Shown: positions 45,629-53,920 of the stretch, piece by piece | Layout: every line of letters starts with the position of its first letter | How positions within the stretch are numbered: the stretch's first letter is position 1 | Virus record (IMG/VR): IMGVR_UViG_3300050821_017570 | Span: 1-64,000 of that record | DNA: 64,000 nucleotides | From: a virus | Strand: one strand, 5' to 3' | Made by a program: the position numbers and the translations under genes | Notes under the pieces: generated by a model | Databases searched by the model: none | The model's input: the letters and a program-made list of their open reading frames with translations, nothing else | Told to the model about the DNA's origin: nothing

Positions 45629-46267
45629 TTAGGCGAGGGGGTTCACCACAGTGACGGCGATCGTGCACGAGCCAGCCGTCAGAACATTCAGGTCCGCACC
45701 AGTCGAGGTGGCGGTCAGTAGGATGGCGGTCGAGCTAGTGGCAGACTCGATACCAGCGACCCCACCAAGCTCAATATTGTCACCAGCCGTCAGAACCGTG
45801 TGGGCGGCCATGTACTTGGCGAGCGTACCGGTGATACCAACCTCAACCGTCACGTTGGTGACCGAAGGGCCAGCAAAGTGCGGGGTAGCGGCAGCCTGGA
45901 TCAGATCCACGCCAACGATCTTGTAGCTGGCAGGAAGCGTCAGGAGGGTAAACGAACCAGTCGTCACGGCGCCCAGGGCAACCAGCTCAGCATACCCAAC
46001 CGTAATCGGAATCACGACCGGGATGTTGACGACATTGGAAATCGTCGCCGGGGTCAGGCTAGCGTAGGGGTTGGTCACGCAGCGCCAGCTTGCCGCACCA
46101 GCCGCGTTGCTCAGGCAGACGTACTGATTCCGAGGGCTGACCGACGTATCGACCCAAAGGGTGCCCTCAAAGATGCCGAGGGTGCTGTCATCGGACACGG
46201 TCGGCGCACGGTCCTGATAAACCGTCCAGCCAAGATCAGTGAGTAGACGCTTCGTTAGGGTATGCAT
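45629..46267 (-). CDS. Virion protein with the shared N-terminal fibre module (likely ATG 46267)
   Basis: APTVSDD...GTLWVD...YVCLSNAAGAASW followed by a beta-sandwich domain. Confidence 0.75.
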   Translation of the reverse strand: MHTLTKRLLTDLGWTVYQDRAPTVSDDSTLGIFEGTLWVDTSVSPRNQYVCLSNAAGAASWRCVTNPYASLTPATISNVVNIPVVIPITVGYAELVALGAVTTGSFTLLTLPASYKIVGVDLIQAAATPHFAGPSVTNVTVEVGITGTLAKYMAAHTVLTAGDNIELGGVAGIESATSSTAILLTATSTGADLNVLTAGSCTIAVTVVNPLA

Positions 46268-46341
46268 GATAATCCAAGCTTGTGTTGCGCTTAGTATAAG
46301 GGGGCCTATCAGGCGTACCAGATAGGATTTTCTTAGACCCG

Positions 46342-46506
46342 CTAGTGGGTGGCCCAATACTGGTTCGCCGCATGACGTTCCAGCTGTTTCGCCAATTCTC
46401 CCCACACCGGGTCGCCTGTCAAACTACCCCTATACCAGGTCATCGGAGCCCCTACTTCGCCCTCGTCGTCCCGTATGTAGTCCCGACCCTCATACTCGAC
46501 CCGCAC
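46342..46506 (-). CDS. Small hypothetical protein (54 aa)
   Basis: GTG start preceded by TAGGA; MRVEYEGRDYIRDDEGE... Confidence 0.55.
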   Translation of the reverse strand: MRVEYEGRDYIRDDEGEVGAPMTWYRGSLTGDPVWGELAKQLERHAANQYWATH

Positions 46507-46549
46507 GGGTTCATCCTACCCGCCGGCGGATACATGGTTGCCATAATGG

Positions 46550-46738
46550 CTATGTGGCGGCCTGCGGAGGCTCATATGGCTCCGGAAGCGGCTGCCACGC
46601 CACCACGTCCGGAACCGCCCAGCCGACCCCACTGAGCCAAAACGCCTGCTGGACCGCTCGCTTACCCTGGCTGTTGCAGCGGCTCACCAGGTAGTTGCCA
46701 CCCGTCTTGGGCACGCAGGGAGAGGTGAGCCAGGTCAT
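46550..46738 (-). CDS. DUF551-like small protein
   Basis: C-terminal VVAWQPLPEP. Confidence 0.65.
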   Translation of the reverse strand: MTWLTSPCVPKTGGNYLVSRCNSQGKRAVQQAFWLSGVGWAVPDVVAWQPLPEPYEPPQAAT

Positions 46739-46965
46739 TTGGGTGCCTGTGGATCAATCCACTGGAACTGAAGGACCGGGTCAGCCTCGTCTGCCTTGGG
46801 ATCGATAATCCATTTGGCCACCCCATGGTTGATCGCCTGGGACCGTACCACAGCGGTCCCCATCGCCTCACCAATCGGAATGCCAATCACGACGCCAAAT
46901 AAAACGATACCAATGATAATTCCGAAGAAACCGAAAAGTTCGCTAGTTGTTGGCTTATCACTCAT
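46735..46965 (-). CDS. Small membrane protein
   Basis: TM FGFFGIIIGIVLFGVVIGIPIG. Confidence 0.7.
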   Translation of the reverse strand: MSDKPTTSELFGFFGIIIGIVLFGVVIGIPIGEAMGTAVVRSQAINHGVAKWIIDPKADEADPVLQFQWIDPQAPK

Positions 46966-47201
46966 TTGGTTTCCTTACACCAGGCCACAACGGTACCGTT
47001 TGGCCCAAAAATCGGGAACCAGTGCTCGGTAAGAGCGTGCTTGGGTTCCACCGGTATCCGCATGACGATCACCTCGCGTGCACTCTCGGTCTCGCTGGTG
47101 GACAGCCCCAACCATACCCCGAGTGCCAAAATACTCATCGTGTACCAGCCCAACAGGACCGCATTCAGGACCTGCCGCAGTACCGTCACCCCGCTAGTCA
47201 T
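46962..47201 (-). CDS. Small membrane protein (likely ATG 47201)
   Basis: TM VLLGWYTMSILALGVWLGL; ATGA coupling. Confidence 0.6.
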   Translation of the reverse strand: MTSGVTVLRQVLNAVLLGWYTMSILALGVWLGLSTSETESAREVIVMRIPVEPKHALTEHWFPIFGPNGTVVAWCKETK

Positions 47202-47460
47202 GGGGGAACTCAGGCGCCGCACAGTGGCACCACATACAGCCGAGGCGACGATACTCAGCGATGTCGTCGATGGTCGACCAGTTGTTCCAGTTGCTATGCA
47301 GGGAGATGACTGGCCCACCCGCTCCGTGAGGGTTGTAGATCCAGATGTCGACCCCACTGGGCTGCATCTCGTCCATCACCTCAGGCAGCATGCTGAATGG
47401 GCGCCAGGCCTGCATCTCGTACCGCACCTGCGGTAGTCGCTTACGCTCAGCAAGACTCAT
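47194..47460 (-). CDS. Hypothetical protein (likely ATG 47460)
   Basis: MSLAERKRLPQ..., AGAGGA upstream. Confidence 0.6.
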   Translation of the reverse strand: MSLAERKRLPQVRYEMQAWRPFSMLPEVMDEMQPSGVDIWIYNPHGAGGPVISLHSNWNNWSTIDDIAEYRRLGCMWCHCAAPEFPHD

Positions 47461-47671
47461 GGTTTTCCTCTTTGATCGTGACAACAAAGTTACCCGGATG
47501 GTCAATCCGACAGCTATCAAAGCAATCGGGACAGTCTTCGTTATCGCCAGTCGCCTCAACCCACGCGGCAAACCGATCACCCATTCCGACGGGAATGAAG
47601 TACCAGTGGGCGTCATCGTCCTTGGTGAAGAACCCGGTGGTTGGGCGCTTCACCGGTTTGGCTGACTTCAC
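47447..47671 (-). CDS. Hypothetical protein
   Basis: 74 aa, coupled. Confidence 0.6.
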   Translation of the reverse strand: MKSAKPVKRPTTGFFTKDDDAHWYFIPVGMGDRFAAWVEATGDNEDCPDCFDSCRIDHPGNFVVTIKEENHESC

Positions 47672-47871
47672 GACGACCGACTGAACCGATAGTGTCGCCT
47701 ACGACGCGCGTCAACCGGCCGGATAATGCCGTCCGCGGTGCCCCACAGACAAGCATGATAGGCCCGTTCGGCTGCGGCCTCACGTTCACCGAAGAACTTC
47801 TCAAGCGCCTTACTCCGTAGGGTACGCGCGCTCGAAGCATCGATAGCAGTTACCCAGTTGCGCCAGCTCAT
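47668..47871 (-). CDS. Hypothetical protein
   Basis: ATGA coupling. Confidence 0.6.
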   Translation of the reverse strand: MSWRNWVTAIDASSARTLRSKALEKFFGEREAAAERAYHACLWGTADGIIRPVDARRRRHYRFSRSS

Positions 47872-48074
47872 CGCTCTAACCACGTTTCAGAGATCTTGAG
47901 GTTGTAGCTGCGGGTGGCGAACTCGCCAGCCTTGCGAGCTTCACGCACCATATCGGTATCGGCGCCCAGATGGGTCAGAATGCTGGCAAGGCGACGCTTC
48001 GCCGCAGTCTTGGTACGATAGGCGGTTGGGACGACTTGGCTGCCGTCACGCTCCGTTAGGATGAAAATCTTCAT
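47868..48074 (-). CDS. Hypothetical protein
   Basis: 68 aa, coupled. Confidence 0.65.
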   Translation of the reverse strand: MKIFILTERDGSQVVPTAYRTKTAAKRRLASILTHLGADTDMVREARKAGEFATRSYNLKISETWLER

Positions 48075-48104
48075 ATTGTGGTTTCCGAAAAAGATAGAAA
48101 TGAA

Positions 48105-48443
48105 TCAATCTGACAATTCAGCCGTACTGACCGAGCCGCTAGCCGCCGGTGGCTCATACGGTGCACCGGTTCGCCACGGAATGTCGGTGGCGGATTCAAC
48201 GTCGAGGCAGAATTCCTCCAACGCATCCAGCAGATCGCGCTTACCATACTTGCTGCAGTCCTCGTAACCGGGAATCGTTGCGAACGTTCCGTCAGCCAGC
48301 ATGGTCTTAATCTGCTGGTATGTGTACTGGTTGAGTGAATCCATCGAGTACCAAACCGATAGGTTCTGTTCCTCCTTGGTCGGCCCACTATCACAGTGCC
48401 AAAAGATGTACCATTCGGAATCACTCCAACGGCAATAGCTCAT
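48105..48443 (-). CDS. Hypothetical protein
   Basis: 112 aa, MSYCRWSD...; TAGGAG upstream. Confidence 0.7.
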   Translation of the reverse strand: MSYCRWSDSEWYIFWHCDSGPTKEEQNLSVWYSMDSLNQYTYQQIKTMLADGTFATIPGYEDCSKYGKRDLLDALEEFCLDVESATDIPWRTGAPYEPPAASGSVSTAELSD

Positions 48444-48754
48444 CTGTTGCTCCTAATGAGATCATCGAAAAACCAACACCATTCGACACACTTGAACCCA
48501 TCACCCGCCACTCGGAAACAATACTCAGCGCTCAGGAGCCCTGACCCTTTCGAGTAGGTGAACTTGAGCCCAATTTGGTGAGCCCGATGGCTAACCGCAC
48601 GAATGACCTGACCGGCCATCAGAGCACCGATCTCGATCTGTCTGGTAGTGGTCATGACCCTACCGCCCAGCATTTCACCCACGGGGACCATCTGATCGAA
48701 ACTGAAATGACGATTTGGGTTACCGGATACGACGGGGCAATGAAACTCATGCAT
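48440..48754 (-). CDS. Hypothetical protein
   Basis: 104-aa ORF in tiling. Confidence 0.55.
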   Translation of the reverse strand: MHEFHCPVVSGNPNRHFSFDQMVPVGEMLGGRVMTTTRQIEIGALMAGQVIRAVSHRAHQIGLKFTYSKGSGLLSAEYCFRVAGDGFKCVEWCWFFDDLIRSNR

Positions 48755-49001
48755 TGTCGATATCCTCTGGTAGTTCGTGGATCTTCAGGCAAGCCGTACG
48801 TTCAGCCTGCAGTGACGCATTCAGACGATCCAACTCAGTAGCGATGGCTCGCAAGGTAGCAGCTGTCATATCCCCGGTATAGTGGTCTGGGCGCCAATGG
48901 GGATGACTCGTAAACCGGCAATCGGGATTCCAGACGTAAGCGCCTTGGTCACCCAGAATGATACCGAGATAGTTAGGAGCCGGAGGTGGAAGATCGCTCA
49001 T
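48747..49001 (-). CDS. Hypothetical protein, paralogue of 48973..49329
   Basis: GAYVWNP...AATLRAIATELDRLNASLQAE. Confidence 0.7.
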   Translation of the reverse strand: MSDLPPPAPNYLGIILGDQGAYVWNPDCRFTSHPHWRPDHYTGDMTAATLRAIATELDRLNASLQAERTACLKIHELPEDIDNA

Positions 49002-49329
49002 CGTGTGCTTTCACGTAGGCCTCGTACTCAGCCTCTAATGGTGCGTTCAAACGGTTCAGCTCATTGGTCAGTACGGTTAGGCTACCGGCGTCTAGGAAAC
49101 CTTTGATCACGCGTGGCCACCAGACGTACTCACCTGTCTCGATCCGAACGATCCCATCCTCATGGAATCGACGAATCATATGGGAGCGCCACGGTTCCTG
49201 AACCGCAGACTCAGTAATCGGATTATCCGGTTTGGCCTCCAGCCGAGGCGGCACGGGTTCTGGTTCCGGTGGTAGTGGGATTCGGGAGCGCCGACGCCCA
49301 ACCAGCCCTTTAGATTTTGGTTTCGGCAT
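48973..49329 (-). CDS. Hypothetical protein, paralogue of 48747..49001 (likely ATG 49329)
   Basis: GEYVWWP...AGSLTVLTNELNRLNAPLEAE. Confidence 0.65.
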   Translation of the reverse strand: MPKPKSKGLVGRRRSRIPLPPEPEPVPPRLEAKPDNPITESAVQEPWRSHMIRRFHEDGIVRIETGEYVWWPRVIKGFLDAGSLTVLTNELNRLNAPLEAEYEAYVKAHDERSSTSGS

Positions 49330-49483
49330 CTGGCTTAGCTTTCGCTGGTTTGGCTGTCTTGGTTTCGCTGTCGAGACGTCGCTGTGCCTCCTCAGGAGTG
49401 TCACCGTAGACCTTGAGTTCACCCGTAGCGGTCTTGACGGTCAGTTGGAAACGGCCATTGGGAAGCTTCTTGGGTTTACTCAT
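49310..49483 (-). CDS. Small basic hypothetical protein
   Basis: MSKPKKLPNGRFQLTV...VYGDTPEEAQRRL; TAGGAG upstream. Confidence 0.65.
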   Translation of the reverse strand: MSKPKKLPNGRFQLTVKTATGELKVYGDTPEEAQRRLDSETKTAKPAKAKPDAETKI

Positions 49484-49490
49484 CTGGCTC

Positions 49491-49862
49491 CTAACAAGTA
49501 AGTTCGCCGACGCTCTGGTCGTCGATCGTGTAGATAAACCTGGTACACCCAAGGTGCCCAAGCAGACGCTGACACTGCTGGCACGGACGGGCCAGCCGGA
49601 TCCGATGATCGCGGCCTATCCGGACGTTAATGCAGCAGAATTCATCTCGCGAGAGCCGACGCCTCGCTTTACTGTAGGCGCAATACTCCGCATGGAGGGT
49701 GCGCTCATAGTAGGGGTTCGGCTCATCTATATTCATGCCACACGAGAGGATCTCTCCGTGCTGGAAGATAAAGCTAAAATGTTTGAACCCGAGAGTGTTC
49801 TGGAACCGACGGTCAAAGGCGCGCCGGATACACTCCCGGACCACCTTCTGACCGGGTCTCAC
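49491..49862 (-). CDS. Cytidine/deoxycytidylate deaminase-like zinc protein
   Basis: TLHAE and ARPCQQC motifs. Confidence 0.75.
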   Translation of the reverse strand: MRPGQKVVRECIRRAFDRRFQNTLGFKHFSFIFQHGEILSCGMNIDEPNPYYERTLHAEYCAYSKARRRLSRDEFCCINVRIGRDHRIRLARPCQQCQRLLGHLGCTRFIYTIDDQSVGELTC

Positions 49863-49863
49863 G

Positions 49864-49938
49864 TTACTCTTTCGTATTCCTAAGGTACCACAACAGGATC
49901 AGCAGCCCAATCACCAACATGATGAGGAGATCAACCAT
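49864..49938 (-). CDS. 24-aa single-TM microprotein
   Basis: Manual translation MVDLLIMLVIGLLILLWYLRNTKE; start overlaps the upstream stop. Confidence 0.55.
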   Translation of the reverse strand: MVDLLIMLVIGLLILLWYLRNTKE

Positions 49939-50746
49939 TGGGTTGGCGCCCTCGGTTAATCACACCTTCCGTCGTCATCTGAATGTTGACCTCTGGAAGC
50001 AACCGTACGTTTTCGTCATTCACGTGAGCGTGTTGGACACCGTTAACGGTCCACATGTCACCGTTCGCTGGGGTCGGATTCGGGTCAGGGTCGACCGGCA
50101 ACCCTAACCCATGCCATCTGTTGCCCGTCCATAGGTAGGGTTGACCTGTGAGGGTGTTCCACACCATACCACCAGCGGTTTGTGGCTGACCAGGTTGAGG
50201 AGTAATGGCCTCAGCCACGCCTTCACCAGTTTGGCCAAACTGAAGCTCAACATCATCATCATCGGGCGGTGGCACCGGTGGGTAGACCACCATCGTGGTG
50301 TTTTGGGTTGTGGTTATCGTGGCGCCGGTAGCCCGCTGGGTCCCTGGCCATTGCTGGGCATGGGCCTCATAGAGCTGGCCAGGATTCAGCACACCATTGG
50401 TAATGCCGATACCGTAGTCACGACCAAGTCGCTCATCCTTGTATCCAGCGGGGGTATCGCGCCACTTACGAACCTCTTCACAAGCGCGCCACACACGATC
50501 ACGCGATCGTTGGTCAAACAGTTCGATATGTTGCTGGATCCAATCGAGTTCCGTACGACCCAAACGGATAAGCCGGCAGTTTTCCATGCCGAACCATGGG
50601 CCACGGACCTCTAGTCGATCATAAGTTTCATTGAAGGTGTATTCGTACCATGTGAACCCAGCCGCTAGATCAATCTCAATGTCGGGAAGGGCGGTATAGC
50701 CTTGGCCATCTGGTAGCTCAATGTTGCGCATGCGCCCTAGTGTCAC
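49931..50746 (-). CDS. Hypothetical protein
   Basis: 271 aa; C-terminal half has PxxxGxxW motifs. Confidence 0.7.
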   Translation of the reverse strand: MTLGRMRNIELPDGQGYTALPDIEIDLAAGFTWYEYTFNETYDRLEVRGPWFGMENCRLIRLGRTELDWIQQHIELFDQRSRDRVWRACEEVRKWRDTPAGYKDERLGRDYGIGITNGVLNPGQLYEAHAQQWPGTQRATGATITTTQNTTMVVYPPVPPPDDDDVELQFGQTGEGVAEAITPQPGQPQTAGGMVWNTLTGQPYLWTGNRWHGLGLPVDPDPNPTPANGDMWTVNGVQHAHVNDENVRLLPEVNIQMTTEGVINRGRQPNG

Positions 50747-50997
50747 CGATGAACAAACGAATCAAGCACAATATGATCGGCATCCTCTGGGTCCAGACAA
50801 TGCTCGTACCAGGCCTGGAAGTCCTCCATCGTTCTGACGAGACCTTCGATATTCTCGTTACGAGGGAACTCAATCAGGTTGGTGCGCCAGATCGGTACAC
50901 TGAATGGGCTTACGTAACGAAACCAGTAATCCCAAACAGCCAGCTGGCGTCGACTCGTCAGGCTAAGCCCCATCAGGAGGGGAATCGGTTTTCTCAT
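50743..50997 (-). CDS. Hypothetical protein (likely ATG 50997)
   Basis: MRKPIPLL...; coupled. Confidence 0.55.
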   Translation of the reverse strand: MRKPIPLLMGLSLTSRRQLAVWDYWFRYVSPFSVPIWRTNLIEFPRNENIEGLVRTMEDFQAWYEHCLDPEDADHIVLDSFVHR

Positions 50998-51439
50998 CTG
51001 GTACCTTTCTGGCACCGACGTAACGGGTAATACGGGCCGTCTTGGCCCCATACAGGAGATCAAACGCAGGGCTGCCGCGAGCGATGTTTCGGCTACCCAG
51101 CGGCCCCACACCGAGTCGGCGAAGGGCCCGTCGGAGGGTCGCCACATTCACCCCAACCGAATCAGCGATCTGCTGGGCCAACCGCCCCTGTCGCACCATC
51201 AGCTGGATGTGCGGGATCAGCTCCTGCCACTGTCGGGTGGATCGGCGTCGCCACCGGGGCGGTTGCAGCGGACGTTTGGGGCGCTGGCATCCCAGGAGGG
51301 TTCGCTTGTCCGCTACCGTCCTCAGTGACTTCCCCAGCTGGACCGCGATATCCAAGTTGGTGCGAGCCGGGTCCTGGAGTAGTGGTAGCCATTGCGTCTG
51401 ACTGCAACCACGTAATGGCTGATTCGGTGGCCGAGACAT
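50963..51439 (-). CDS. Double helix-turn-helix DNA-binding protein (likely ATG 51439)
   Basis: NLDIAVQLGKSLRTVADKR and AQQIADSVGVNVATLRRAL. Confidence 0.7.
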   Translation of the reverse strand: MSRPPNQPLRGCSQTQWLPLLQDPARTNLDIAVQLGKSLRTVADKRTLLGCQRPKRPLQPPRWRRRSTRQWQELIPHIQLMVRQGRLAQQIADSVGVNVATLRRALRRLGVGPLGSRNIARGSPAFDLLYGAKTARITRYVGARKVPDEKTDSPPDGA

Positions 51440-51629
51440 TCCATATGAATGTAACGGGCTGGCGACGCAGGCAAGCTTTGGCCCGCTCGAACGGCACCTC
51501 TTCCCCGGCGATCCAATCGACCGTACACCAGGGATACTGCATCCCACCTAGGATCTCGACCCGGAACTCCAGATGGAGATTCCCGGCGCTATCTTCCCAC
51601 GCACGCTGGAACACCCCGCCCCACCTCAT
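51162..51629 (-). CDS. Hypothetical protein; 3' part overlaps the HTH gene in another frame
   Basis: ATGA-coupled start at 51629; N-terminal 60 aa look protein-like. Confidence 0.5.
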   Translation of the reverse strand: MRWGGVFQRAWEDSAGNLHLEFRVEILGGMQYPWCTVDWIAGEEVPFERAKACLRRQPVTFIWNVSATESAITWLQSDAMATTTPGPGSHQLGYRGPAGEVTEDGSGQANPPGMPAPQTSAATAPVATPIHPTVAGADPAHPADGATGAVGPADR

Positions 51630-52111
51630 AGGTTGAGCCGGTCGGCCCATTCCTTCATCATCTGGATCTGGACCTCATGAGACGACCTCTGGAAGGCCTC
51701 TTGGTTCTCAGCAAACAGGTCAATCAGCTGCCAGTTATCGGCCGCAACCGCCGCACGGATCCGGGCGATGGTTTGGCGATCCTGGTCCAACATGGCGAGC
51801 CGCTCTACACATTCCTCGCGTTGGATATCAAGCAGCCGGATCTTATCGTGAATCTCTCGCAGCTCGGTCAGGCTGGCTGCCGATTCGACCCAATAGGCGA
51901 CCGTTATGGACCCAACAAAAACCGTCACCACGGCTGCCAACGTGGTCAGCACACCATCGTGCCCCACACCCGCACATAGGGTCAGTCCTGCCAATACTGT
52001 CGTGGCGACCAAATAGCCGATCCTGGTACGCCAGACCATCCGGACGAATCTTTCGTACTCGGACCGACTATTCATCTGGTTGGCCAGATGTCCGGAATGC
52101 CATATAGACAC
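51626..52111 (-). CDS. Two-TM plus coiled-coil protein
   Basis: Two hydrophobic helices then heptad-like charged region. Confidence 0.7.
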   Translation of the reverse strand: MSIWHSGHLANQMNSRSEYERFVRMVWRTRIGYLVATTVLAGLTLCAGVGHDGVLTTLAAVVTVFVGSITVAYWVESAASLTELREIHDKIRLLDIQREECVERLAMLDQDRQTIARIRAAVAADNWQLIDLFAENQEAFQRSSHEVQIQMMKEWADRLNL

Positions 52112-52250
52112 AAAAGATGATCAACGGGATTTGGAAGCATAAACACCACCAAGTATCTTTTGAGAACCCGATCAACATGAGCCCGAGGTTCAGCATCGCC
52201 AAAGCGACCCACCAGAGGGCTACCAGGGTACGTAACTGTTGTGGCGACAT
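52068..52250 (-). CDS. Small two-TM protein
   Basis: MSPQQLRTLVALWWVALAMLNLGLMLIG... Confidence 0.6.
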   Translation of the reverse strand: MSPQQLRTLVALWWVALAMLNLGLMLIGFSKDTWWCLCFQIPLIIFCVYMAFRTSGQPDE

Positions 52251-52251
52251 G

Positions 52252-52512
52252 TTATCTTCGATCCTGAAACGTATCGACGGGTTGTTTCGATTGCAGCTTA
52301 CGCAGCCGAACGAACGACCAGATGGCCCCCACGATGCCCGCGCAGTCCACCACACCGCAGAAAAGACTGAACCAGATTGACTGGTCAATCACACTGATGA
52401 TGGTCCAAAACCCCATGATGGCCAAACTGACGAGACTGCAGGTGAGGCTCTGGTGGGCCCAATGGACCTCCGACTTATCCTCATCCGTCAGTCTGCTGTA
52501 CCAATCGGTCAC
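52252..52512 (-). CDS. Small two-TM protein
   Basis: Two hydrophobic helices; ATGA coupling. Confidence 0.65.
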   Translation of the reverse strand: MTDWYSRLTDEDKSEVHWAHQSLTCSLVSLAIMGFWTIISVIDQSIWFSLFCGVVDCAGIVGAIWSFVRLRKLQSKQPVDTFQDRR

Positions 52513-52730
52513 AGGTCGTCCTGTCGAGCGAGTGGTGCTTTCTCTACAATGGGCTTGGCCTGATCTACCGCGCTAACGTAGTGTGCCTCTCGATCAGCTT
52601 TCTCGGCTCGCAGCTGTTCCAGTTCGGCCAGCAACGGATCGACATCGGGCGCGGCATAGAACAAACCAGTCGCAGAGTGCTCCATGCGGTTGGTGGCCCA
52701 ATCGTCTGAATATTTTTGAAGCTGAATCAT
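52509..52730 (-). CDS. Hypothetical protein
   Basis: 73 aa, ATGA coupling. Confidence 0.65.
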   Translation of the reverse strand: MIQLQKYSDDWATNRMEHSATGLFYAAPDVDPLLAELEQLRAEKADREAHYVSAVDQAKPIVEKAPLARQDDL

Positions 52731-53182
52731 ACACCCAATCCTAGTATGAGTCTAAGACGTGAACGAATATCCATCAGGACGAGACCAAGGTGGTTCTCGC
52801 CAACTCCATTACACCGACCCCAGAATTGGTCACCCCAACCGTTCTCCTCGACCAATTCATGTGGGTATGTGTTGACCAGACGTTCTGCCAGATCCGCATG
52901 CCGGGTGAATTTGTCCAGGTTGACCGAATACATCACCCCAACCCGCACGTCGAGCCAATCGGGACGATGGCGCTCCGGCTGGGTTCGACCCAACCGCATG
53001 GCCTGCCCACAGGTCAGCGTCGTACCCGGCAGGGCAAACACGGCCCGCATCCTGACGTCGGGTAGCTTGGCCGACTGGTAAGCGTGCTCGGTCGACGGAT
53101 ACAGCAGACCCTCGTACGCCACCTCACAGAGATGGAAGTTGGAGAGCCAGCGGTACTCGCCGTACATCTGATCGATCGTCAT
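52727..53182 (-). CDS. NADAR family protein (YbiA-like)
   Basis: YRWLSNFH, YPSTEHAYQSAK, KFTRHADL, LVEENGWGDQFWG...GENHLGLVLM. Confidence 0.9.
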   Translation of the reverse strand: MTIDQMYGEYRWLSNFHLCEVAYEGLLYPSTEHAYQSAKLPDVRMRAVFALPGTTLTCGQAMRLGRTQPERHRPDWLDVRVGVMYSVNLDKFTRHADLAERLVNTYPHELVEENGWGDQFWGRCNGVGENHLGLVLMDIRSRLRLILGLGV

Positions 53183-53322
53183 TCGTATTTCCGCTCATAG
53201 ATCAGGTCACACGTACCCAGCATCCGCTTGGCGCGTCTGGCATTCTTCAGGCTCTTGTACTGGCCAATGATGAAGGGTCGACCACTGTGCTCTTGCTCAC
53301 AGATGATGACAAATTGTTTCAT
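53179..53322 (-). CDS. Small hypothetical protein (47 aa)
   Basis: Manual translation MKQFVIICEQEHSGRPFIIGQYKSLKNARR...; ATGA coupling. Confidence 0.6.
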   Translation of the reverse strand: MKQFVIICEQEHSGRPFIIGQYKSLKNARRAKRMLGTCDLIYERKYE

Positions 53323-53326
53323 TTTT

Positions 53327-53842
53327 CTAGCCACGGGTGTCTTTCATGACTCGGCCCGCAATCCGGGCCTTGGCGCGCCAATACATACGTGCAGGTTCCG
53401 ACAGCTCCTCCCACGGAATGGGCGCTTCGGCTCCATCGGACTCACAGAGTGCCCGTGCGATCGCCTCTACCTGTGCGTCAGTCGGCCAGGCACCGATCAT
53501 GGCACCGGCGTCGATCCAGTCGACACAGTTGCAGTACTCGGGCGTACCGTCTGGCCTCATCCCACCACCGATGGGGGTCAGACGACTGAAGTTACAGAAC
53601 GGATGATGGTAGAAGTACGTCCTAGGTTTGCCAGCCTCTAGCTCTTCAATCAGCTGGCGTGCTTGTGCTAACAGTCGGGCAGTTTCCTCATGTTGGGCGC
53701 ACTCGACCCGATAGCTCTCACAGCAGCAGCGTGGCTGGATCTTACCGATCCGGACGACCTCATACGGAAGCCCACAGTGCTCGCAGGTAGTATTTAGGGC
53801 CTCATTCTCGGTGTCGGACCACTCATCGTAATCGTCGCTCAT
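53327..53842 (-). CDS. Hypothetical protein, Cys-containing
   Basis: 171 aa; AAGGA upstream. Confidence 0.7.
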   Translation of the reverse strand: MSDDYDEWSDTENEALNTTCEHCGLPYEVVRIGKIQPRCCCESYRVECAQHEETARLLAQARQLIEELEAGKPRTYFYHHPFCNFSRLTPIGGGMRPDGTPEYCNCVDWIDAGAMIGAWPTDAQVEAIARALCESDGAEAPIPWEELSEPARMYWRAKARIAGRVMKDTRG

Positions 53843-53920
53843 TTGATTTCCTTGTCAGTCAGAGAGATTTCATCCATAGGGATACAAGGCCTGCTAGAAC
53901 CAGCAAGATAAGAAACCAGA

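Noticed and set aside
33397-46288. GCAACACAAG plus ATTAT motif upstream of two anchor-module genes as a phage promoter
   Set aside because: Only two occurrences seen, with different spacing; a 10-mer match among intergenic sequence can arise by chance
46449-46570. Apparent TAG read-through (…SAGG*DEPVRVEY…) suggesting stop-codon recoding
   Set aside because: The downstream part has its own GTG start with a TAGGA RBS, long genes elsewhere end at TAG normally, and no suppressor tRNA is present
49310-49483. Small basic ORF as an integrase arm-binding domain implying lysogeny
   Set aside because: The resemblance is superficial and no catalytic recombinase domain follows
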